64,000 bases of DNA from Octopus vulgaris (lineage: Eukaryota): assembly GCA_951406725.2 (NCBI GenBank), contig OX597835.1, positions 10,044,001-10,108,000 of the forward strand, written 5' to 3'. The translations under genes and the position numbers were made by a program. Below the pieces are notes generated by a model. The model had not been told where the DNA came from and ran no database searches. It saw only the letters and a list, made by a program, of their open reading frames with translations. Below, one piece after another: positions 54,621 through 64,000 of the stretch (the stretch's first letter is position 1; each line of letters opens with the position of its first letter).

Positions 54621-56188
54621 CAGCATCATCATTATTATTTTCTATGCCTCACTTTGCTCCATTTCGCTATTGAATTTTATTCTAGCTTCAGTTAATCTTT
54701 TGAGAGTTGATGGCGCTGTTCTTTTTACCAAGTTTGTTGACAGATTCAACATTATCGTTTTTCTCGTCTTTTAATATTCCTGTGAGAGGTCTTCTATTAT
54801 CATCCTTTATCATCATCATCATCATTATTAGTTTTGTTGTTGTTTTTAGAAATTTTATCATACTTCCATATCTAAAAATCATTCTATTTTATTGTATAGT
54901 ATTTTTATTCTTATTAACAGTGTCGTTATTGTTGTTAGTGTCCTTGTTGTTAATATTTTTCACTTCAATTCTTGTTTCCTATTTTATTTTATATAACATT
55001 AATTTCTATTTGTTTTGTTTTGTTTTTGTTGTCACTGCTATTTATTTATTTATTTATTTTATCTTTTCAAAACCTTTCAAGTGGGTATAATTAGCTTTAT
55101 AAAAATAGCTTAGACTTGCTTTTCACAACGACCCTCTTCAGCAATCTGTTTAAAAAGTTTTGCCTTATCATGACATCTAATTCCCATGATTTGATGGGCC
55201 GATGCTAACTCTGTATTGATGTAGTCTTTGGTGCAATGGAGACAGAAATCTCTTTGATAAAACATTCGTCAAATCTGTCACAGACACATTTCTAAGGATA
55301 GCTAAGTATTCGTTCGTCACCCACACTTACAAAGAAAACATTTCGAGTTAAATGAATTTAATGGTGTTATCGACTAAATATACACTATAATCCATGTCAT
55401 GTGTTATATATATTAACTCAGGAGCAGACAGACGACAGATCGATGCTGTGTAAACTTGGTCGTATCATTTTCCTTCTGTACAGCGTTAATCGAAAACATT
55501 TTGGTCAAATACGAATAGATAGATTTTTATTTCTTTTTACTAAGAGTCGCAGACAATCGAAGATGTCTGCTTCAACTGCATACTTTTATTTTTTATCAGT
55601 ACTATGCTAAGTTCATTACTTTATGTCTGTAATTGTTTGAAAATATTCTAGTATCAATTATTTGAGTTTATCTGCTCCCCAGATCGTCTTTTTTACTCGT
55701 CTAACCATCCATCCATCCCTCTGCTTATCTTCGCATTTATACATCGCCTTATCTTACGACACTCTTACTTACTCATCTCCGAATTTCTTGATCTTCCCCC
55801 TCTACTCATTCCTCAACTTTTCGCATACTCATTTAAATATTTTTACTGATCTCCTCTTCATCTCAGCAGCCTGTTACTCAGTTACTTGCGTATTGATCAC
55901 TTTATCTACGCTTCTAATTGCTTATGACAAGTTTATCTGTAAATAAGTAGACTGAGTCGTCGAGAAGAATGTGTGGTATATATATGGCAACGCGTGGAAG
56001 TGATGTTTGTTTGTACGTCTTTCCTTGGATAGTGTTGTTAGCGAAAGACAAATGGAGTGAAAGAAGGAAGGAGGAGGAGGAGGGAAGAAAGAAAGAAAGA
56101 AAGACGGTAAGGAAGAAAGAAAGAATGGAAGAAAGGATGAAAGAAAGAAAGAATGAAAGAAAGAAAGGCAGAAAGAAAGAAAGAATGA

Positions 56189-56272
<84 letters not shown>

Positions 56273-57048
56273 AGAAAGACGGTAAGGAAGAAAGAAAGAA
56301 TGGAAGAAAGGATGAAGGAAAGAAAAAATGAAAGAAAGAAAGACAGAAAGAAGAAAGAAAGAAAGAAAGAAAGAAAGACAGAAAGAAAGAGAGAAAGAAA
56401 GAAAGAGAAGGAGTAAATGAATGAATGAATCAATCAATCAAAGAGTGAATGAGTTAATAAAAGTTTTAAAAAAATAAAGACTAAAATGAAGAATTGTTTC
56501 AATAAATTAGTGAAGTAATTTATCATGTTTCTCTCAGATAGACTTTGGCACCGTCTACTCTTTTTCCAATATGGCGTGTTCCTATACTTTTCTCGCGTTT
56601 CAAAGACGCTAATTGCTTCTTGTTTCCCCCCCCCCCCACTTTTATTATTGCTGTTGTCGTTGTTGTTGTTGTTGTCGTCGTTGCTTTGCTTAAAAATTAA
56701 AAGAAACCGCAAAAGACAAATTATGAACAGTGTCTTCTGACACCGATGTAAATTATTTAGTTACAAGTCAAGCTTTTTTTTTTGTTGTTATGCTCTTTCT
56801 TTTATTTTCTTTCTTTATTTATTTTTTTTTTTTTGTCTTGTTGCGATATTTCAAAAATTAGCAAATATTTACTTTAGATGATAATGTTTGTTTTGTTTTT
56901 TTTTTTCTTTACAAAACTGATAATAATCTTTTCTATTGTTGATACAAGGCCTGACGTTTTGGGGAGGGGAATAGTTGATTATACCAACTCCAGTGTCCGA
57001 CTGGTACTTATTTTATCGACCCAAAATGATGAAAAGCAAAGTCGACCT

Positions 57049-57129
<81 letters not shown>

Positions 57130-57177
57130 TAATAATTATTATTATTATTATTATCATCATTATTATTATTATTATTA

Positions 57178-57257
<80 letters not shown>

Positions 57258-57258
57258 A

Positions 57259-57814
57259 ATGCCCTGATGCAGTACCAGGCAGTCGCTCTCGTGGCTTCTG
57301 ATCTTAACTTATTGGAAGTGTTATCATGTACATTGTTTTGTCTTGGTATAAAAGATGGGCTACAGCAAATATTCTGCTCAATACCACAGATTTGTTTGTC
57401 AGTTGTTTGACCTTAACCAGTTGAGTATGTCCCTTGGTGGCTGACGATATGTGCATCTCTGATCACGAGCAGAAGTAGTGGGGGAGCATCATAGCCATGT
57501 GTTGAGAGGGATTCTTTGGGGTTTGAATAATTCACCTCTGGAAACATGGGCGTTTCGTTCAACATCCTTAAACAACCCTTATTCAGAGACCTTTTGAGCG
57601 GGATGGGTTACTCGATCAGAAGAAAATTCTAACTGGGCCTCACCTGCAAGGTCATGCGCTGTTTATCTTGATATGAGATCACCTTGTCGCGCACATATGG
57701 TTGTGATGCATGTGCCTAGTGTACCCTTATCAGACGGGTAGTCATGATGGGTATACTGGGCTTCGTATATTTTACCCCAGTGTTACTTTGATGGCATGAA
57801 CTACTCTCTCACTC
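57259..57814 (+). mobile_element. Family E, full-length 556-bp element ending in (AAT)n
   Basis: Matches 43708-44263 in reverse; flanked by ATT/AAT tracts. Confidence 0.85.
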
Positions 57815-57859
<45 letters not shown>

Positions 57860-57884
57860 TATAATAGTAGTAGTAGTAGTAATA

Positions 57885-58038
57885 ATTCTTTCTACTGAGG
57901 CACAGGGCCTCAAATTTAGGGGAAGAGATTAAGTCGTTTACATCGACCCCGGCGGAATTTGAACACAGTGCATGCAGACAGACGAAATACCGCTAAACAT
58001 TTCGCCCGGCGTGCTAAGGATTCTACCAGCTCACCGCC
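57885..58038 (-). mobile_element. SINE family A, internally deleted (another partial copy at about 56925-57049)
   Basis: Head and A2-like tail joined at ATCGACCCC|GGCGG. Confidence 0.7.
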
Positions 58039-58050
58039 ATAATAATAATT

Positions 58051-58081
<31 letters not shown>

Positions 58082-58684
58082 TTATAATAATAATAATTAT
58101 AATAATAACAACAATAACAACAATGAGGAGGAGGAGAAGGAGGAGTAAAAGACTAGAGACAGAGTAAGAGAGGAGAGGAGGCGTAAGAGAGTAGAGAAGG
58201 GAGGAGGCGTAAGAGAGTAGAGAGAGAGGAGGGGGAGGGGAGGTGTAAGAGAGGTGAGGAGGTGGAGGCGGGAATAGACTGATGGCGATAATGAGAAGAA
58301 GTAGAAGAAGAAGAAGAAGAAGAAGAAGAAGAAGGAGAAGAAGAAGAAGAAGAAGAAGAAGAAGAAGAAGAAGAAGAAGAAGAAGAAGAAGAAGAAGAAG
58401 AAGAAGAAGAAGAAGAAGAAGAAATGATTTGACATGTCTACAGAGCCTCTAATAATATTCGGTTTGTTATTATTCCAAGTCCTCTATTAGTTTCTATTCA
58501 CCGAAGGAAAACTTTCTCTGGAGACTTGGAAATGGACGAATAATTAATGTTTCTGTTTTGCTGAGAGCTGAGTTATGCATCAGCTGAAAGCTAAAGAAAT
58601 TTTTAATGACTTTTGGGGCAAATGTGAGAAAAACACAAATATGATATAATTAAATGAAAGTGTTTGAGACAACAGAAATATACG

Positions 58685-58990
58685 TTGTTGTGACCGAAAG
58701 AGTAAAATCGCGAATAAGAGCCACTGAAATTGGGTTCTTCCGAAGGTTCCCCGGAGCTGCAACACTCGACAGAGTGCGTAGCTCGGAGATTTGGGTGTCT
58801 CTCCAAGTTGAGGCACTACTTTGCATTCACAGGTCACAACAGCCCAGGTATAATGAACAATGAGATTAGAGAGTCGTAGGAAAAATCGCAAGATGAATTC
58901 TTCAAGCCGAGCCAACCGTCAGCAGAACCAATACGAAATGGTTGGATACCTATAGATTTAGATTTAGCTGATCGAGCTTGAGAATCCACG
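58685..58990 (+). pseudogene. Decayed RTE-clade LINE C-terminal fragment
   Basis: VTERVKSRIRATEIGFFRRFPGAATLDRVRSSEIWVSLQVEALLCIHRSQ matches the RTE motif MTERxRSRIQAxEMxFLRR..DRVRSSxIRExLxVEPLL..ERSQLRW. Confidence 0.8.
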
Positions 58991-59051
58991 CAAAAAGTCT
59001 AATAACGGTTGGTATTTTGCAGACAAGAAAGAAAATTTCGAACGCAGTGGT

Positions 59052-59158
59052 GGAAGCACTCCGTCGGTTACGACGATGAGGGTTCCGGTTGATCCGAATC
59101 AACAGAACAGCCTGCTCGTGAAATTAACGTGTAAGTGGCTGAGCACTCCACAGACACG
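59052..59158 (-). mobile_element. 5'-truncated retroposon tail X with TSD
   Basis: Matches 7648-7755; flanked by 13-bp TTTCGAACGCAGT (59036-59048 and 59159-59171). Confidence 0.85.
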
Positions 59159-59252
59159 TTTCGAACGCAGTAAATCTGTAAAGACAGCAGAGAAAGATTG
59201 GGTATTTACCCTTAGAAGACAGTGAAAAGAAAGAAGAAGAAAAATTACGGTA

Positions 59253-59325
59253 GGTAGCTACGGGAAACGAACCCGTACCCCTCAGATATCGGGTGAGTAC
59301 CCTAACCATTAAGCTATACGGCCCC
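59253..59325 (-). pseudogene. tRNA-derived head (tRNA pseudogene or SINE head)
   Basis: A-box TAGCTTAATGG, B-box-like GGTTCGTTTCC, T-arm ACGGG/CCCGT; acceptor and anticodon stems are degenerate. Confidence 0.55.
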
Positions 59326-59574
59326 TAACGGCTATTGACGTCAATTTTGATGCTCAATTATAGCCCTCGAATGAGACATTTTATAAATAAACTTTGGAAA
59401 CGTCGAATGTGGTTGGCATTTTGCCGAGAAGAGAGTAAATTTCGAACGCAGAAAAGCTGAAAGAACAGATTGGGAATGGAGAGGGTACATGATTATTCTA
59501 ACCTCACCTACTCCCCACCACCACCACCACCACACACAGGGCCCTCCCCGGAATAGTGGGAGGAGAAGATGGAT

Positions 59575-59800
59575 GGACGGTGGCGTTTAATTATACGGTG
59601 CCAGACCACCAACTGGATATTCAAATCAAAGACTCAGCCCCTAACCCGGCGGTTCCTAAGCTGGCGTTCAAAAAGGTGGTAGAGAACAATGTCGTTCGAA
59701 GTGGTGGTCACATCATGTAATTTCCCGGGGGCCTCATGGCTCTAGATGTCCATATCTTGTCAATTTTCATTGATTTGCCCAGGTAAGGCTCTATGGCGGC
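59575..59800 (-). pseudogene. Possible highly decayed CR1-like RT fragment
   Basis: QLRNRRVRG*VF / *ISSWWSG resembles KLxxxGVxGxxxxWIxSWLSGR; locally GC-rich. Confidence 0.25.
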
Positions 59801-60099
59801 TCTAGACGTCAGGATCCACCAACTAAGTCCGAAATTTCATAATGTTTCAGTGCAAAATGTAGAATAACTCTTTAGAATGCTGATAATGGCAAACTTCAAG
59901 CAGTTTAAATCATTTCCAAACACTTGCAGGAATAGTGTAAGTGTTTTAAACATTTCTAAAACCCAATCGATACATAAAACCTGAACTTTAGAATCAGAAC
60001 TTAATGTTAACAATACAACGTCCGCTATGTCGTAAAACAAAGGTTTTATGGATGAATTGATGTCATTCACTTGGTTGTATATCCTGCTTTACATATATA

Positions 60100-60166
<67 letters not shown>

Positions 60167-60170
<4 letters not shown>

Positions 60171-60536
60171 TTCCGGGTTCAGTCCCACTGCGTGGCATCT
60201 TGGGCAAGTGTCTTCTGCTATAGCCCCGGGCCGACCAATGCCTTGTGAGTGGATTTGGTAGATGGAAACTGAAAGAAGCCTGTCGTATATATGTATATAT
60301 ATATATGTGTGTGTGTGTTTGTGTGTCTGTGTTTGTCCCCCAGCGTTGCTTGACAACCGATGCTGGTGTATTTACATCCCCGTCACTTAGCGGTTCGGCA
60401 AAAAGAGACCGATTGAACAAGTACTGGGCTTACAAAGAATAAGTCCCGGGGTCGATTTGCTCGACTAAAGGCGGTGCTCCAGCATGGCCGCAGTCAAATG
60501 ACTGAAACAAGTAAAAGAGAATGAAAAAATAAAAGA

Positions 60537-60538
<2 letters not shown>
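60167..60538 (+). mobile_element. SINE family B, 5' end replaced by (TA)n
   Basis: Family B from ATGGTTCCGGGTTCAG to tail. Confidence 0.9.
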
Positions 60539-60588
<50 letters not shown>

Positions 60589-61477
60589 ATATCGAGACAG
60601 GAAACTAAGAAAATTGGTTTGTCTTTTATTAATAAAATTAAGTTGTTGAGTAGAGAGGTGTTTCAAAAGTCTAGATTCCAGAGAAAGGTTCATTTTAATT
60701 TAGTGAAAAGGTTGAGAATTACTGCACTATGAAGTCCCTTAGCCAGTCACGTGTCTCTCAAATGTCTCCTTTCGTTTCAGAAAAGGACACATTTAATATT
60801 CATCGATCTCTGGCGTCCTATAACTGAGGAGAAGAATGAAAATATATATCTTATAAAATACGTCTGTTAATAGTTTTCACCATTCAGCGCTGATCTGGGC
60901 CCAAATAACAACAAACTAAATCGTTGACAGATATTTGAGACACCTCTCTATTCTCCCTCCCTTTTTCTTTCTATCTCTCACTCCCTCTCTCTTTCTTTCT
61001 CTCCCTGTCTCTCCCTGTCTCTCTCTCCTTCTCTCTTTCACTATTTCTCTCTTTCTCTCACTCTTCATCACTTCCTCTCCACATCTGCCTTTCTTAACTG
61101 TTCTTTATATAACAAAAGAATGTCAACAATTCAGAGAATGGCAAACCAAATTTGCTCCGCGATTTGCTACTCTACACAAACCAGAAGATCAAGGTGAACC
61201 AGGTGAATGTTGCTGTCACTCTAAACGCTCCGATTAGTGAGCAACCGCCACTGGTCTCTGTGTCCTGCCACGCACGGATCAGATCCGGTGTTCAGTTCAA
61301 ATCCGTTCAGACATTGATGTTGTTAGACTAGAATTTTCTTTGTCTGCTTCTTATAAATTTTCTTCTTCTTCTTCTTCTTCTTCTTCTTCTTCTTCTTCTT
61401 CTTCTTCTTCTTCTTCCACTTCTTCTTCTTCTTCTTCCACTTCTTCTTCTTCCACTTCTTCTTCTTCCACTTCTTCT

Positions 61478-61509
<32 letters not shown>

Positions 61510-62641
61510 TTCTTCTTCTTCTTCTTCTTCTTCTTCTTCTTCTTCTTCTTCTTCTTCTTCTTCCACTTCTTCTTCTTCCACTTCTTCTTCTTCCACTTCT
61601 TCTTCTTCCACTTCTTCTTCTTCCACTTCTTCTTCTTCTTCTTCTTCTTCTATGTATGTATGTATATCCTTGGGAGAACTCTATGAACATGTCAGTCTAT
61701 CTATCTATCTATCTATCTACCTATCTATCAATCTATCTATCTTCTTCTTCCTTTCCTCCTCTTCCTCCTCTTCTTCCTTTCCTCATCTTCCTCCTCTTTT
61801 TCTTTTTCTTCCTCTTACTCTTGTTCTTCCTTTCCCCATCTTCCTCCTCTTTTTCTTTTTCTTTTTCTTCCTCTTCTTCTTCCTTTCCTCATCTCCCTCC
61901 TCTTTTTCTTTTTCTTCCTCTTCTTCTTCTACTTCTTCTTCATTTCCTCATCTTCCTCTTCTTCTTCGTTTCCTCCTCTTCTTCCTCTTTTTCTTTTTCT
62001 TCCTCTTACTCTTCTTCTCCAACCGTATCTTCGAAAACGGCCTTAGACAGGGGTACATCCACGAATACAGGGATACATTTTACGGTAGCAAGGAGTGCTT
62101 CTTGTCTTTCGAACTTTGATTGTCGATCGGTTAAACCAGAATTGACCTGCAGCTAAAAAAAAAAAATGTCAATCAAATACAATACATAAAAAAATAGAAA
62201 AGAACGAAAGCAAAAAAACTAGAAATCGACGTAAAAGCAAAAAAAAAAAACGAAAATAAACGGAAATTTGAAACGATAAAAATCAAAGCAGACCAATATG
62301 TGAAAGTAAGATAAAAGAGATGTGTAATGAGAGAAGTTGGTCATTAAGAGAAATGGTAAATCAAATAAATGACATAAATGGTGTGAGCCATAACTTGTGC
62401 AGTAACCGAAGTAACTGGAACGGAAATCACAGGGAAAAAAATGGTTAAAATAAAAGAAGAAACAACCTGTCTAGGTGGAGGTGGGGGAAAAAAAGGTTAG
62501 TAAAAAAGAGCAACGAAAAGCGAAAAAAATAAAGCAATAATATTTTAACCAAGAATATAACCATAATAGTGAAAAAGAAATCAATGATAGACATACAGTA
62601 ATGTGTGTGTGTGTGTGTGTGCGTGGGTGTGTGTGTGTGTG

Positions 62642-62694
<53 letters not shown>

Positions 62695-62713
62695 TTAGGA
62701 GTTAAAACCAGCT

Positions 62714-63454
62714 TTATAAACATTATAGATCACACGTGCACAATGCACGTATTTTTTGTTTTTTTGATATTCGTAGAATTTGCTGCGGGATAGCGTTTTA
62801 AGGGGACTCCCTAATAGGCGCAGGAGTGGCTGTGTGGTAAGTAGCTTGTTTACTAACCACATGGTTCCGGGTTCAGTCCCACTGCGTGGCACCTTGGGCA
62901 AGTGTCTTCTACGATAGCCTCGGGCCGACCAATGCCTTGTGAGTGGATTTGGTAGACGGAAACTGAAAGAAGCCCGTCGTGTATATGTATATGTATATAT
63001 ATATGTGTGTGTATGTGTTTGTGTGTCTGTGTTTGTCCCCCTAGCATTGCTTGACAACCGATGCAGGTGTGTTTATGTCCCCGTTACTTAGCGGTGCGGC
63101 AAAAGAGACCAATAGAATAAGTACTGGGCTTACAAAAAGAATAAGTACCGGGGTCGAGTTGCTCGATTAAAGGCGGTGCTCCAGCATGGCCGCAGTCAAA
63201 TGACTGAAACAAGTAAAAGATAAAAGATAAAGATAATAACGCTGGGTGTTAAACACTTGAAAGTCATAGACCAGGCGGTACAACTCACCACGGATCGAAC
63301 CCAACGGTGGTGGGTACAGATATTTCCCCATTTTCGTGGTTTATCAACACCCTGCACTTGGGTTATTAGGGAGTCTTCCTAAATGTTATCCCGCAGCAAA
63401 TCCAGTGAATAAGCAAAATACGCAGATTGTTTACGTATGACCGATAATGTTTAT
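62714..63454. mobile_element. Old foldback MITE interrupted by a SINE B
   Basis: 62714-62816 is a diverged inverse of 63364-63454 (ATAAACATTAT..ATTTGCTGCGGGATA..GACTCCCTAATA); inner arms and a central hairpin continue after the SINE. Confidence 0.7.
62817..63231 (+). mobile_element. SINE family B
   Basis: Full-length copy. Confidence 0.9.
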
Positions 63455-63468
63455 TTATATATATGTGT

Positions 63469-63788
63469 GAGGGCGCGTGGCTTAGTGGTTAGGGCATGCG
63501 GCTCATGATCGTAAGGTTGTGAGTTCGATTCCCGGCGACGCGTTGTGTCCTTGAGCAAGACACTTTATTTCACGCTGCTCCAGTCCACTCAGCTGGCAAA
63601 AATGAGTTGTACTTGTATTTCAAAGGGTCAGCCTTGTCACTCTCTGTGTCACGCTGATTATCCCCGAGAACTACGTTAAGGGTACACGTGTCTGTGGAAT
63701 GCTCAGCCATTTGCACGTTAATTTCACGAGCAAGCTGTTCCGTTGATCGTATCAGCTGGGACCCTCGTCGTCGTAACCGGCGGAGTCT
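63469..63788 (+). mobile_element. SINE, head D + tail X
   Basis: A-box TGGCTTAGTGG, B-box GAGTTCGATTCCC, GTGTCCTTGAGCAAGACACTT body, tail shared with 7648-7830. Confidence 0.88.
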
Positions 63789-63802
63789 TTAAAGTCTTTT
63801 TA

Positions 63803-63833
<31 letters not shown>

Positions 63834-64000
63834 ATCAATAAGAAATAAAATCGATATTACATGAACTCTAAGCTATATAACATAGACTTAAAGATGGCCA
63901 TAGATTTGAAGAGACAAAAAAAGAAGAATCTAATAGGTAAACGCAAAAAATCTATAGAGTAAACGACTCTGAAAGTAGAAGAAAATTCCATTAAAATACA

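Noticed and set aside
59253-59325. Functional tRNA gene
   Set aside because: Acceptor and anticodon stems do not pair properly; kept only as a tRNA-derived remnant.
59837-60070. 77-aa non-repetitive ORF
   Set aside because: No recognisable domain or consistent splice context; the length is within chance.

Overview
AT-rich eukaryotic genomic DNA (intronic or intergenic), saturated with microsatellites and interspersed repeats. The tRNA-derived SINE families and microsatellite load resemble an Octopus genome; this is recognition, not a database result. No intact protein-coding gene can be supported, and nearly all ORFs in the track are translations of simple repeats or SINEs. Main content: (i) more than 25 SINE copies, with working labels A, B and the heads C/D joined to tails X/Y/Z; (ii) decayed transposons recognised from peptide motifs: Chapaev3-like (about 15.6-17.8 kb, with nested insertions), Tc1/mariner, CR1/Jockey-like, RTE and R4/Dong-like RT fragments, plus piggyBac-type and foldback MITEs; (iii) type I hammerhead ribozyme motifs, three with an intact catalytic core (3178-3247 +, 38476-38556 -, 44786-44840 -) and three variant or decayed ones, several inside (TA)n-embedded foldback elements of Penelope-like/retrozyme style; (iv) a 556-bp non-coding element (family E) found only inside (AAT)n tracts, a candidate non-autonomous partner of an R4/Dong-type retrotransposon. 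Boundaries of degenerate elements are approximate because they were read by eye.
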